From positions 26,325 through 90,324 of the forward strand of contig LBWB01000008.1 of NCBI GenBank assembly GCA_000993405.1: DNA of 64,000 bases, read 5' to 3'. Positions 47,212-57,350 of the stretch are shown here, in pieces. The position numbers and the translations under genes are program-made. Each line of letters begins with the position of its first letter. Within the stretch, counting starts at the first letter, position 1. This stretch comes from Candidatus Woesebacteria bacterium GW2011_GWB1_39_12 (lineage in GTDB: Bacteria; Patescibacteriota; Microgenomatia; UBA8517). The notes beneath the pieces are model-generated. The model was not told where the DNA came from. It searched no databases and was given only the letters and a program-made list of their open reading frames with translations.

Positions 47212-50007
47212 TTAGCCATATTGTGGATAATGACAACGTTTCCATTTCTTTCCGCTTCCGCACCAACAGGGGTCGTTGCGGCCAATTTTTCCTCGCCTCG
47301 CCGTAGCGTTAGCAGAGGCGGGTTCTTGTTGACGAGCAAACGCTTTAGATCCCCCTTCCGCACCCAATTCAGGAGTAGGCGTATCCATCAAGCCGGTTTG
47401 ATCCAAAGTGTCAACATTGGTTGTTGCCTGGGCAACAGGAATCTCAGATATGGGTTGCTGCATAACACCGATTCTGAATATTCTCCGCGCAAGCTCTCCA
47501 TCAATTCGATCAATTAAACCTTCAAAAAGTCCGAATGCTTCGTTTTTAAATTCAACCAGAGGATCTCGTTGTCCGTAAGCTCGAAGCCTTACCCCCTCGC
47601 GTAAACCGTCTAAATGATCTATGTGTTCAATCCAGTGTTTATCAATAGACCCAAGATAAGCAAATTTTTCGATCCCCCGCATTACATCTCCCAAGTCCTT
47701 CTCGCGACTTTCGTAAATATCATCAACTACTTTGACCAAAAAGGATCTAATATTTTCCTTACCATCCAGCTTTTTCAGCTGACTCTCAAGCCTCTTCATG
47801 GAAGCATCATCAAAAGGCACAATTTCCATAAGATGTACTAATACCTTTTCATAATCAACCGCATCCTGTGGACGACCAGCCTCTGGCTGGGGCGAGGACA
47901 ATAGAAGTATATTATCAATCTGATTTCCCAATTTTTCCAAGATTTCATTTTTTACATCTTTCACTTCCAAAACCTTGGCACGCAACTTATAAATTATCTC
48001 TCTTTGCTGGTTTATTACATTATCGTATTCAACAAGATTTTTCCTTGCGTCGAAATGAAAACCTTCGACTTTTACCTGAGCTTGCTCTATCGAGCGACTA
48101 ATCAGTTTATTTTCAATAGGCTGATCCTCAGGAAGTGATAATCTATCCATGATAGAAGAAATTTTTTCTCCTCCAAAAATCCTCATTAAATCGTCCTCCA
48201 AAGAAAGATAAAATCTTGACGAGCCCGGATCACCTTGACGACCCGACCGACCCCGAAGCTGATTATCAATCCGTCTTGATTCATGGCGCTCGGTCCCGAT
48301 AACATGGAGCCCTCCTGCCTTGACTACTTTCTCATGACATTCCTCCCAATTTTTATATTCTTTTGTTTTTTTAAATTTCTCACTCGAAATTCCTTCAGGT
48401 CGATCAGGAACAGAACCGCCTAAAACTACATCAACTCCTCGCCCGGCCATATTTGTTGCAACCGTAACACCACCAGGTTTGCCGGCATCAGCAATTATTG
48501 TTGCCTCTTTTTCGTGATTTTTGGCATTAAGAATATTGTGGGGAACTTTTTTACGTTTGAGGTAGTCACTTATTATTTCATTTTTCTCAATAGACGTTGT
48601 TCCGACCAAAATCGGTTGGCCTTTTTGGTGTCTTTCAATAATTTCATTAACAACGGCACCGTATTTCGCCCTGACCGTCTTATAAATGACGTCGGAATGA
48701 TCTTTCCGGATCATTTGCCTATGAGTCGGGATCACAACAACATCCAAGTCATAAATCTTTTTAAACTCTTCTGCTTCTGTTGCAGCCGTACCAGTCATAC
48801 CCCCCAACACTTCATACATTCTGAAATAGTTTTGAAAAGAAATTGTCGCCAGAGTCTTACTTTCCTGCTGTATTTTAACTTGTTCTTTGGCTTCGACTGC
48901 CTGGTGCAAACCATCGCTCCAGCGCCGCCCAAACATAAGTCGTCCAGTAAATTCGTCAACAATTGTCACTTGCCCCTCTTTCACCACATAATCTCTGTCC
49001 TGAAGATACAAGGTTTTTGCCCTTAGAGCGTTCTCAATATGATGAATTATTTCCCAGTCTTTCTCGTATAAATTCTCAACACCCAAAATCTTTTCAACCC
49101 TTGTTATCCCGTGCTCGGTAAGAGTTGCACTCCTCACCTTTTCGTCAATTGAAAAATCTGTATCAGGATTCAGTTTTTCTACCATGGAAGCAAACTTGTA
49201 ATATTTATCCGTCGGTTCAGTATCAGGAGCTGAAATAATAAGAGGGGTTCTGGCCTCATCAATCAAAATCGAGTCCACCTCATCGACAATGGCAAAATAG
49301 TGCCCGCCTCGCATCGGCTCGCCATCACGAGTCGAGGCGGGTCCGCGCTGCGACATTTCATCCAAACTTTGGACCATGTTGTCCCGAAGATAATCGAATC
49401 CGAACTCATTATTGGTTCCGTATGTAATATCGGCATTGTAAGCAGCTTTTCTTTCGGCAGGTTTGAGATGGGCCAAACGTTCGTCCCCATGGCTTGTATC
49501 GTTAAACTCGGGATCATAAACATACGACTTCCCTTCTTGAATAATAGAACCGGTTGTAAGACCGAGAAGATGAAAGATTGGTCCGTTCCAACCAGAATCA
49601 CGACGGGCTAAATAATCGTTAACCGTAACTAAGTGCGCTCCCTTACCGGAAAGTGCATGAAGATAAAGTGCGGGAACTGCAGATAAGGTTTTGCCCTCAC
49701 CTGTTTTTTGCTCAACAACCTTGCCCTCAAAAAGAGAAATTCCTGCCATCAACTGAACGTCATAAGGCTTAAGTCCTATTGCTCGCCAGCTAGCCTCTCG
49801 GGCAAGTGCAAAGGCTTCAGGAAGCAAATCTTCCAATTTTTCACCTTTTTCTATCCGTTTTTTAAGATCCCTGGTTTTTTCTGCAAAATTCTCGTTTTTT
49901 AATTTTTTAGTTTTTTCATCAAAGGCATTTATCTTATCAGTAATGCTTGCCAAACGATCAATTTCTCTTTGATTTAAATCCAAAAATTTTGAAAATAGCT
50001 TTAACAT
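47212..50007 (-). CDS. secA: Preprotein translocase ATPase SecA
   Basis: TGEGKT, VDEVDSILIDEARTPLIIS, ATNMAGRG, RHESRRIDNQLRGRSGRQGDPG, C-terminal GRNDPCWCGSG. Confidence 0.98.
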   Translation of the reverse strand: MLKLFSKFLDLNQREIDRLASITDKINAFDEKTKKLKNENFAEKTRDLKKRIEKGEKLEDLLPEAFALAREASWRAIGLKPYDVQLMAGISLFEGKVVEQKTGEGKTLSAVPALYLHALSGKGAHLVTVNDYLARRDSGWNGPIFHLLGLTTGSIIQEGKSYVYDPEFNDTSHGDERLAHLKPAERKAAYNADITYGTNNEFGFDYLRDNMVQSLDEMSQRGPASTRDGEPMRGGHYFAIVDEVDSILIDEARTPLIISAPDTEPTDKYYKFASMVEKLNPDTDFSIDEKVRSATLTEHGITRVEKILGVENLYEKDWEIIHHIENALRAKTLYLQDRDYVVKEGQVTIVDEFTGRLMFGRRWSDGLHQAVEAKEQVKIQQESKTLATISFQNYFRMYEVLGGMTGTAATEAEEFKKIYDLDVVVIPTHRQMIRKDHSDVIYKTVRAKYGAVVNEIIERHQKGQPILVGTTSIEKNEIISDYLKRKKVPHNILNAKNHEKEATIIADAGKPGGVTVATNMAGRGVDVVLGGSVPDRPEGISSEKFKKTKEYKNWEECHEKVVKAGGLHVIGTERHESRRIDNQLRGRSGRQGDPGSSRFYLSLEDDLMRIFGGEKISSIMDRLSLPEDQPIENKLISRSIEQAQVKVEGFHFDARKNLVEYDNVINQQREIIYKLRAKVLEVKDVKNEILEKLGNQIDNILLLSSPQPEAGRPQDAVDYEKVLVHLMEIVPFDDASMKRLESQLKKLDGKENIRSFLVKVVDDIYESREKDLGDVMRGIEKFAYLGSIDKHWIEHIDHLDGLREGVRLRAYGQRDPLVEFKNEAFGLFEGLIDRIDGELARRIFRIGVMQQPISEIPVAQATTNVDTLDQTGLMDTPTPELGAEGGSKAFARQQEPASANATARRGKIGRNDPCWCGSGKKWKRCHYPQYG

Positions 50008-50084
50008 AATTTAAAGACAACCCTAAAATTTTACACCTCAGCTTCAATTGTAGCAAACAAACACCAGGAGTGATAATAGTAAAT

Positions 50085-50762
50085 CTAATTTCTGCAAATA
50101 AACATTACATTTGCCTCAGGGTAGACGATTTCTACTTTTTTGAAAATTTTTTCAAGTTTATTGCCGAATTTTACTGCAGAGGATCTTTTATCTCCCGAAT
50201 AAAGCCTGTTAAAAACCACAAACCCGCCTTCTGCAAGGATACTCCTTGAAGAACGTAAGAAATTTTCTGATTCGAATTTTTTTGGAAATTCATCGCCAAC
50301 GTATAAGTCAACAAGAATAAGATCGAAGTGGTCGGTGGTCAGTGGTCGGTGATCAGTAAGAAAATCGTAAGCATCACCTATAACCACGTTGATAGCGTCG
50401 TCATCCAACCCCAAATACTTTTTCCCCATTTCTACCATTTTCGGGTCTAAATCGACCCCTGTAATTTTTGAAGAGGGCTCGCCTCGCTGCGAAGCGGGCC
50501 AAAGTTCACTAACCAACTTTGCCGCAGTCCCTCCTCCCAACCCTAAAATCAAACACCTTTGCGCTCTGTTGTTTGTCCTTTGTATTTGGCGTAAGCTTTT
50601 GCGCCAAATATTCTTAAGAACCCCTCCTGATTGCGTCAATCCCCCAACCGAAATATAAGTTCCGAAAGCCAAACTTCTGATAACAGTTATCTTCCCATTA
50701 ATAGGAGAGATAACTTCTTCCAAAACTTGTGTTCCTGTCAAGAAATCAGCCAATTTCCCCAT
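50085..50762 (-). CDS. Spermidine-synthase-like SAM-dependent methyltransferase
   Basis: LILGLGGG, VDLDP, GDA, FDLILVD. Confidence 0.85.
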   Translation of the reverse strand: MGKLADFLTGTQVLEEVISPINGKITVIRSLAFGTYISVGGLTQSGGVLKNIWRKSLRQIQRTNNRAQRCLILGLGGGTAAKLVSELWPASQRGEPSSKITGVDLDPKMVEMGKKYLGLDDDAINVVIGDAYDFLTDHRPLTTDHFDLILVDLYVGDEFPKKFESENFLRSSRSILAEGGFVVFNRLYSGDKRSSAVKFGNKLEKIFKKVEIVYPEANVMFICRN

Positions 50763-52588
50763 TATTGATATCCTTTCGCCTGAAGTTTAAAAAGGTGCGC
50801 GTACTCACTGTCTCTATTCATCAACTCTTGATGTGTCCCTTGCTCCCATATTTTCCCTCCATCAATCAAAAGAATCTTATCTGCCATCCTGACGGTCGAG
50901 AATCTGTGGGAAATTAAAATCAAGATTTTTTCCCTAGCTAACTCGATAATCTTTTCGAAAATTTCTTCTTCAGCTTTGGGATCAACGTTACTTGTTGGCT
51001 CATCCAAAACTAATATTTTGGAATCTCTAAAAAGTATCCTTGACAATGCAATTCTTTGCCATTGACCTTTCGATGGTTCAACACCTTTTTCAAACTCCTT
51101 GGATAGCGGGTTTTCATACTTTAAAGGTAAACTTTCAATAAACTCGTCTACACCCGTTAATTTCGCATACTTCTTAATCTCTTCTCTTCTTTTAATTTTA
51201 TCAACGCTCCCGATTCCTATACTTTCTCTAGCAGTAAACGGATACCAGCTGAAATCCTGGAAGAGAACACCCAAAAGCTGCCGGTATTTCGCTTGGTCAT
51301 AATCAAAAATATTTACCCCGTTAACCAAAACTTCACCCTTATTGGGTTTATAGAAACCTGACAGAAGCTTAATCATCGTAGTTTTTCCTGCTCCATTCTC
51401 ACCCACCAATGCAAGGTTTTCTTTGGGACCGATTTCAAAACTCACCCCTTTTAAAACCCATGTTTTGGCATTCGGATATTTAAACCAAACATCTTTAAAC
51501 TCTATTCCTTTAGAAAAATTCAAGGAAGGCTGTTTTTGTCCGCCGACCAATTCGGCTTTGAGTTCCAAAAACCAAGTTAAATCGGAAACAAACAGATAAT
51601 TCTCATAAATATTTACGGCATCATTAAGGAAAGTTGAAAAACCCAAAGACAATGTGTTTGTAGCTTGATAAAGTAGCTGTGCAGTTCCCAAAGTGACTCT
51701 TCCAAGAAGTGCAAGAGCAAAGAAATAAATATTTAGAACCATGGACAAAATATATCCGGGAATAGAAGCAAAAGTACGGGCTGTTGCTCTTCTTTTTCTT
51801 CTCTTATATTGAAACTCAACGATTTCCTTCTGCACATCAAAAAGTTTCCGTGCTAGGTATTCAACATTTCCCAGAATTTTATTCTCATAAAATTGTTTTG
51901 TATCTACCATATGCCAATGGATCCAGCCCCAAAGTCTCCACTTGGGGTTAAGCACTTGAATAGCTTCATAATCTTTTTTGGCTATACGGGCATTTATTAT
52001 GATATCCGGCAGGGTCACAACCAGAACTACTACTGATATCCAAGGATTAAAAGTTATGAGCGGTAGTACTCCTGATATAATCGTAAAAATTGCATTCGGT
52101 ATATCCGAAAGCGGTTCTATCATCCCCCATAGTCGGTTATTTGCCTCCCTTTCAATCTTTTTATATTTATCCTGAAAATTCGGAGACTCGACAAGCGGAA
52201 TATCAAGAGTATTAAGCTTTACTCCTCCTACTCTTTCTAAATAGGCTGTAAGCTGTTCACCCATAGCCCGAGTCAGGAATGAATTAATATTTGAAGTTGC
52301 CGCTCTGGCAAATTCTACTAATGCCCTAAAAAAAATCAGAAGACTTATTGTTTTAAGCGGAGTTGACAAATCAGACAAACCAATGCTTCCTATAACTACA
52401 TCAATAAGAGTTTTATTTATATAAAGTACTGGAAGGTTTGTTAAACCCCAAAAGCCGTTTATAATCGTAACGGATATTAAAAGGCGAGGATTTACTTTAT
52501 AGACAATCGAAAAGACTCTCTTATATGTAAGAATAAACCTTTTGATTGGCGAAACTTCGAATTTGGGGAGTTTTAGCTTTTTAACCAT
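50762..52588 (-). CDS. ABC exporter, fused permease/ATPase
   Basis: GENGAGKT, PSKGQWQR, VLDEPTS, ISHRFST. Confidence 0.92.
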   Translation of the reverse strand: MVKKLKLPKFEVSPIKRFILTYKRVFSIVYKVNPRLLISVTIINGFWGLTNLPVLYINKTLIDVVIGSIGLSDLSTPLKTISLLIFFRALVEFARAATSNINSFLTRAMGEQLTAYLERVGGVKLNTLDIPLVESPNFQDKYKKIEREANNRLWGMIEPLSDIPNAIFTIISGVLPLITFNPWISVVVLVVTLPDIIINARIAKKDYEAIQVLNPKWRLWGWIHWHMVDTKQFYENKILGNVEYLARKLFDVQKEIVEFQYKRRKRRATARTFASIPGYILSMVLNIYFFALALLGRVTLGTAQLLYQATNTLSLGFSTFLNDAVNIYENYLFVSDLTWFLELKAELVGGQKQPSLNFSKGIEFKDVWFKYPNAKTWVLKGVSFEIGPKENLALVGENGAGKTTMIKLLSGFYKPNKGEVLVNGVNIFDYDQAKYRQLLGVLFQDFSWYPFTARESIGIGSVDKIKRREEIKKYAKLTGVDEFIESLPLKYENPLSKEFEKGVEPSKGQWQRIALSRILFRDSKILVLDEPTSNVDPKAEEEIFEKIIELAREKILILISHRFSTVRMADKILLIDGGKIWEQGTHQELMNRDSEYAHLFKLQAKGYQ

Positions 52589-52676
52589 AAACCAATTTTA
52601 CCTCAATCTTAGATCATAAATATATCCGTATTTTTAACCGATTGATTCGGATTTTATTTGGTCTAAAATAGAAGAA

Positions 52677-53933
52677 ATGCAAAACATCCCTCTCCCGGAA
52701 AAAATAAGGCCTAAAAATCTGAACGAGTTCGTCGGGCAAGAACACTTGGTGGGAAAAAACCTGCCTTCGCATAAAGCTACGGCAGGGCGCAGCGGAATAA
52801 TTAGTAAACTTTTGGAAAACGCAAGCAAATCAGGATTCTTCCCCTCTCTTGTCTTCTGGGGACCTCCGGGAAGCGGCAAAACAACTCTGGCAAGAATTAT
52901 TGCAAATGAATTAAAGCGTGAATTTTATGAATTCTCTGCGGTCAATACATCCAGTAAAGATATTCAAAAAATCATTGCGGGTCGAAAAAGCATTCGTCCA
53001 AAAACCAACTTTCAGGGGCTACCCTTTAAACGCCAGGCTTTGCAGGGTACGACCCTGCAAAATTCTCCGATCGTATTTATCGATGAGATACACCGTTTCA
53101 ATAAAGCCCAACAAGACAAGCTTCTACCTCATGTTGAAAGAGGGGAAATCATTTTTATCGGTGCTACTACCGAGAATCCTTCTTTCGAAGTAATCGGACC
53201 TCTTCTGTCCCGCACCAGAGTACTTGTGCTTAAGCAGCTTTCTGAAAAAGAATTGGTTGAAATACTAAAACGAGGTCTCAAAGAATTAAAAGTTAAAATA
53301 GATAAAAAGGCAAAAAGATTTCTCCTCGAATCCTCAAACGGGGATGCCAGAGTTCTCCTCAATGTCCTCGAAATTGCCTCAAACCTCACAGAACGCCGCA
53401 CACTGTCCACTGAACACATTGAGACTTCTCTCCAACGTCGCCAACTTTCTTTCGATAAGCAAGGAGAAGAATTTTATAACGTAATTTCGGCTTTTATCAA
53501 ATCAATGCGGGCAAGTGATGTCAACGCCGCGCTCTATTATCTTGCCCGAATGGTAGAGGCGGGGCAGGATCCTTTATATATCGCCAGACGCATGGTTGTA
53601 TTCGCTTCGGAGGATGTTGCTTCCCCTACCGCATTAGTAGTGGCAAATGCAGTTTTCAGAGCTTGTGAGACCGTAGGATACCCTGAATGTCAGGAAAACC
53701 TGGCCGCCGGTGTTGTTTATCTTGCTTTGGCAAAAAAAGACCGTTCAGCTTATAACGCATACATGAGCGCTTTGGAAGATGTCCGCAAATTCGGAAATTT
53801 ACCCGTCCCGATGCAAATCCGAAACGCTCCGACAAAGCTAATGAAAGACTTAGGTTACGGCAAAGACTACGATAAATACACCAAAGAAAGTTTATTGCCT
53901 GAAAAGTTGAAGAATAAAAAATACTGGAAATAA
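52677..53933 (+). CDS. rarA: Replication-associated recombination protein A
   Basis: WGPPGSGKT, FIDEIHRFNKAQQD, GATTENPSF, ISAFIKSMR, RNAPTKLMK. Confidence 0.95.
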   Translation: MQNIPLPEKIRPKNLNEFVGQEHLVGKNLPSHKATAGRSGIISKLLENASKSGFFPSLVFWGPPGSGKTTLARIIANELKREFYEFSAVNTSSKDIQKIIAGRKSIRPKTNFQGLPFKRQALQGTTLQNSPIVFIDEIHRFNKAQQDKLLPHVERGEIIFIGATTENPSFEVIGPLLSRTRVLVLKQLSEKELVEILKRGLKELKVKIDKKAKRFLLESSNGDARVLLNVLEIASNLTERRTLSTEHIETSLQRRQLSFDKQGEEFYNVISAFIKSMRASDVNAALYYLARMVEAGQDPLYIARRMVVFASEDVASPTALVVANAVFRACETVGYPECQENLAAGVVYLALAKKDRSAYNAYMSALEDVRKFGNLPVPMQIRNAPTKLMKDLGYGKDYDKYTKESLLPEKLKNKKYWK

Positions 53934-53934
53934 T

Positions 53935-54501
53935 ATGAGTAAAGAATTAGCAACTCAATTAAAAAAATTGGCAAGCATAGAAATTGGCAGAGAAGAAGTT
54001 CGATTGAAATTTATCGAGAGGTTGCAAAACGAATTATTGACAAGAGATGAGAGACAATTAACTCATGTAGCGGTTTTCGTAATGGCAATAGATATTAGTA
54101 AAAGTATGGTTTACATAGGGCATCATAAAAAATCCGATAGATGGATTCCGCATGGTGGGCATGTTGATAAGGGTGAACTAATAGAACAGACTCTAGAAAG
54201 AGAAATTCAGGAAGAATGGGGAATACAAATGAAAGCAAACGATATTGGTGAACCTGAATTTTTGACAATTACAGAAATAGAAAATCCAAAACAATGGAAG
54301 GTTTGCAGGAGACACTATGATGTGTGGTACTTTGTAAGGGTTAACAATGAAGACTTTGAAGTTGACCCTGAATTACTACACGAGGAATTCCATGAAGCTA
54401 GGTGGGTAAATCTAAATGACGCTAGAAATTTGGTTGGAAATACTCCCACAGTACAAGAAGCACTGGATTTCGTCGAAATGAGATATTTTCAAAAAGATTA
54501 A
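53935..54501 (+). CDS. NUDIX hydrolase
   Basis: GGHVDKGE....LEREIQEEWG. Confidence 0.88.
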   Translation: MSKELATQLKKLASIEIGREEVRLKFIERLQNELLTRDERQLTHVAVFVMAIDISKSMVYIGHHKKSDRWIPHGGHVDKGELIEQTLEREIQEEWGIQMKANDIGEPEFLTITEIENPKQWKVCRRHYDVWYFVRVNNEDFEVDPELLHEEFHEARWVNLNDARNLVGNTPTVQEALDFVEMRYFQKD

Positions 54502-54541
54502 CAACCAATAGAAACAATATTTTAAAATTCAAATACTGTCC

Positions 54542-55282
54542 TTAAGGGTTAGGATAAGGGGTCAATTTAGCTTGCGAAAGTCTATTAAATAGCTCAACCG
54601 CAATTTCCTTTGCTTGGTCGTACATTCTTCTTGCAAAATCTGTTGCTGGTTTTACAACCGGAACTTCAGGACAAATGGTTTCTTCCCCACTCAAGACAAA
54701 AGATTCGCTTTCGAATACTTCTACATCTCCCGGCAATTCGGAAGTTTTTTTAACTCGAACCTCATCAAAAAGTACTTTACTCACGTCCCATGCATCTGCA
54801 GGCAAAAGCAGAGTACCAACTTTTTCTTTTTCTCCAAGTTGTCCTTTGTCCCTCAATCCGATAAACTCGCAGTCAAAATTCTCAAAAAGCACCTGAGTTT
54901 CTCCTTTCTCATTTGTCAAAGCGCCATACACTAAATCTTTTATTCCAGGTGGATGTAAAACCATTACTCGATTAAAAGCTATCTGTCTTAGTGTAATTGT
55001 TTCTCCATCAAGTGCAGTTTCTATTGAAGTTTTATTAATACTTTCCCAATCAGGCGTAGGTGTCGGGGTTAAAGTTGAAGTCGGCGTGCGAGAAGGGATC
55101 GGGGTTTCTGTTGGTAAAGGAGTATGTTCAGTTGTTAGAGTTGTAGTACTCTCAAGTGTTCGAGTTTCACGAGATCCACAAGCGGGTAATACAACTCCAC
55201 CCACCAGAGTCAGAGCAGTCAGTACTCTCCATGATTTAACTACAAAATGCTCTCTATCCCTCACGATACAGAAATTATACAA
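54542..55282 (-). CDS. Putative lipoprotein
   Basis: Hydrophobic stretch ending LPAC, T/P linker; start uncertain. Confidence 0.6.
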   Translation of the reverse strand: MYNFCIVRDREHFVVKSWRVLTALTLVGGVVLPACGSRETRTLESTTTLTTEHTPLPTETPIPSRTPTSTLTPTPTPDWESINKTSIETALDGETITLRQIAFNRVMVLHPPGIKDLVYGALTNEKGETQVLFENFDCEFIGLRDKGQLGEKEKVGTLLLPADAWDVSKVLFDEVRVKKTSELPGDVEVFESESFVLSGEETICPEVPVVKPATDFARRMYDQAKEIAVELFNRLSQAKLTPYPNP

Positions 55283-55288
55283 GGCTTT

Positions 55289-55564
55289 TCAACCTGAAGA
55301 ACTGTTTACAGCACCGTCAGGCACAAAGCCTGTTAGTGTCATCGTTCCCTCCTGAAAAACCACCCCTCTTCCCATTGATCTTGGAATTCTGGCAGCATTA
55401 CACCCATCTTCATTTAGAGCTTCAACAACTTCCCAAGGGTGCTTCTGCATACACTCATGCTTCACTCCGAAAATTCCCGGTTTTGAAAGCGCGTGAACAC
55501 AACGGCCGTTTGCAGAGCAGACCTGACTTATATAAAAAGATGCGGTGGCCTCAATATTACTCAT
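55289..55564 (-). CDS. Small Cys-rich hypothetical protein
   Basis: 91 aa, four Cys; fills the operon gap on the same strand. Confidence 0.45.
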   Translation of the reverse strand: MSNIEATASFYISQVCSANGRCVHALSKPGIFGVKHECMQKHPWEVVEALNEDGCNAARIPRSMGRGVVFQEGTMTLTGFVPDGAVNSSSG

Positions 55565-55571
55565 TCATTTG

Positions 55572-56108
55572 CTAAATTAACTTTTTTGACCCTCTGTAAA
55601 ATTCAAGTTTTTTAACTTTCAGTCCTCTTTTTTCATTTTCTGATTTCAAACTATTTAAAATCGAAACACCGTGATCCTTAGCATTTTCGATTTCCTCATA
55701 TACTTTGGGTTTTACAAAATAAACTTGAACTTTGGTTATTATCATTGCATCCAATCCTGAAGAGAAATAAACTTTCCCACTTGCTTTAACAGATTTTCTG
55801 GTAAACCATTCCCGTTTATTGTAATTTATAAAAGTATCGGAAAGAATTAAGTAAACACATCCTCCTCTATCGGCTTTTTTGAATCGTTTGCGATTGCTTA
55901 TTACAAAGAAGTAGATATTTCCGAACGCTCCGCCGTTTGCCCACGAATCATCGTGCTGAACTAAAAACTGTGTTGAAAAAGGGAAGCTGTCTGTTGCAAA
56001 AACGACAGGACCTTTTTTAAATCCTTCCGGAGCAGTATTTTTTCGAGGTTCAATTATTTTTAAATCACAATGGGACGAAGCGTGATAAAGATAAAGAGGT
56101 TTACTCAT
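55572..56108 (-). CDS. Hypothetical protein, possible ADP-ribosyltransferase fold
   Basis: LYHAS...L..IEP, VFAT, GCVY, EW....V spacing; overlaps the serS stop. Confidence 0.55.
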   Translation of the reverse strand: MSKPLYLYHASSHCDLKIIEPRKNTAPEGFKKGPVVFATDSFPFSTQFLVQHDDSWANGGAFGNIYFFVISNRKRFKKADRGGCVYLILSDTFINYNKREWFTRKSVKASGKVYFSSGLDAMIITKVQVYFVKPKVYEEIENAKDHGVSILNSLKSENEKRGLKVKKLEFYRGSKKLI

Positions 56109-57336
56109 TTTTTACGATTTTATCCTTCCCCATCCACTTTCTCAAAACTTCCGGGACTACGACCGACCCGTCTTCCTGCTGATAATTTTCGAGAATTGCT
56201 AGAATTGGTCGTTGAGAAAAAGCAGTTCCGTTAAGCATATGAACATATTTAGTTATCCTTTTATCTTGGTATCTAATGTCCAATCCCCTCGCTTGAAAGT
56301 CGGTGCAGGTTGACGTGGAGGTCAACTCTCTGTACTTACTCTCTGACGGAAACCAACCATTAAGGTCGTATTTCCTCGCAGCCGGAATACCAAGATCCCC
56401 GCTACACATCTTAGAAACCTCATAAGGTATACCCAACGCCTGCAAAAAATTTTCTTCAAGACTCAGGAAGTACTCATGTTCGGAATCAGAATTCTCCTCT
56501 CGCGTAAAAGAAAACATTTCAACTTTGTTAAATTGATGCACTCTTAGCGAACCTTTCGTGTCTTTGCCATAAGAGCCTGCTTCTCTCCTAAAACAGGTAG
56601 AGTAGGCAACATATCGAAGCGGTAAAATCTTACCATCCAAAATCTCGCCAGCATGTAATGGACCAACCGACTGCTCCGATGTGCCCACTAAAACCAATCC
56701 ATCTTTATCTAAAACATACATATCTTCTTCCCCGCCATGTTCTAGATAGCCCATGCCCGCCATCATTTCTTTTTTAATAAGAACTGGTGGAATAATTGGA
56801 GTAAAACCTTCTTTTGTCAAAGTTTCTAGAGCAAATTGAACTATGGATTGGTCAAGCAAAACCCCATCGTCTTTCAAATAAAAAAATCTTGTCCCCGAAA
56901 CTTTAGCTGCTCTTTCGGTATCTATTATTCCCAATTCCTCTCCCAATTGCCAAAAGGGCTTGAATCCAAAATCGAACTTTCTCGGTTCACCCCACTTTCG
57001 AACAATTTCATTCTCTGATTCGTCTTTCCCGACTTTTACGTCTGCGCTTGGAATATTGGGAATCTTTGCCAAAGCTTCTTTCTGTTGCTGTTCCGACTTT
57101 TTAAGTTGAATTTCCAAACTCTGAAGTTCACCTTTAATTTTCTTACCTTTTTCAATATTCTTTTCCTTTGCTGCCAAATTTCTCTCCTTACGAAATTCTT
57201 CAACTTTTTGCAAAAACTCTCTCCACTTTTTATCCGCTTCCAATACAACATCAACTAACTTAGGATCGAGCTGCTTATCAGCAACTCCCCTTTTAACCTC
57301 TTCAGAATTTTCTCGAATATATTTTATATCCAGCAT
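56101..57336 (-). CDS. serS: Serine-tRNA ligase
   Basis: MLDIKYIREN, LVGTSE, CFRREAGSYGKD, RVHQFNKVE, HMLNGTA. Confidence 0.97.
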   Translation of the reverse strand: MLDIKYIRENSEEVKRGVADKQLDPKLVDVVLEADKKWREFLQKVEEFRKERNLAAKEKNIEKGKKIKGELQSLEIQLKKSEQQQKEALAKIPNIPSADVKVGKDESENEIVRKWGEPRKFDFGFKPFWQLGEELGIIDTERAAKVSGTRFFYLKDDGVLLDQSIVQFALETLTKEGFTPIIPPVLIKKEMMAGMGYLEHGGEEDMYVLDKDGLVLVGTSEQSVGPLHAGEILDGKILPLRYVAYSTCFRREAGSYGKDTKGSLRVHQFNKVEMFSFTREENSDSEHEYFLSLEENFLQALGIPYEVSKMCSGDLGIPAARKYDLNGWFPSESKYRELTSTSTCTDFQARGLDIRYQDKRITKYVHMLNGTAFSQRPILAILENYQQEDGSVVVPEVLRKWMGKDKIVKNE

Positions 57337-57350
57337 ATTTTTATTATAGT

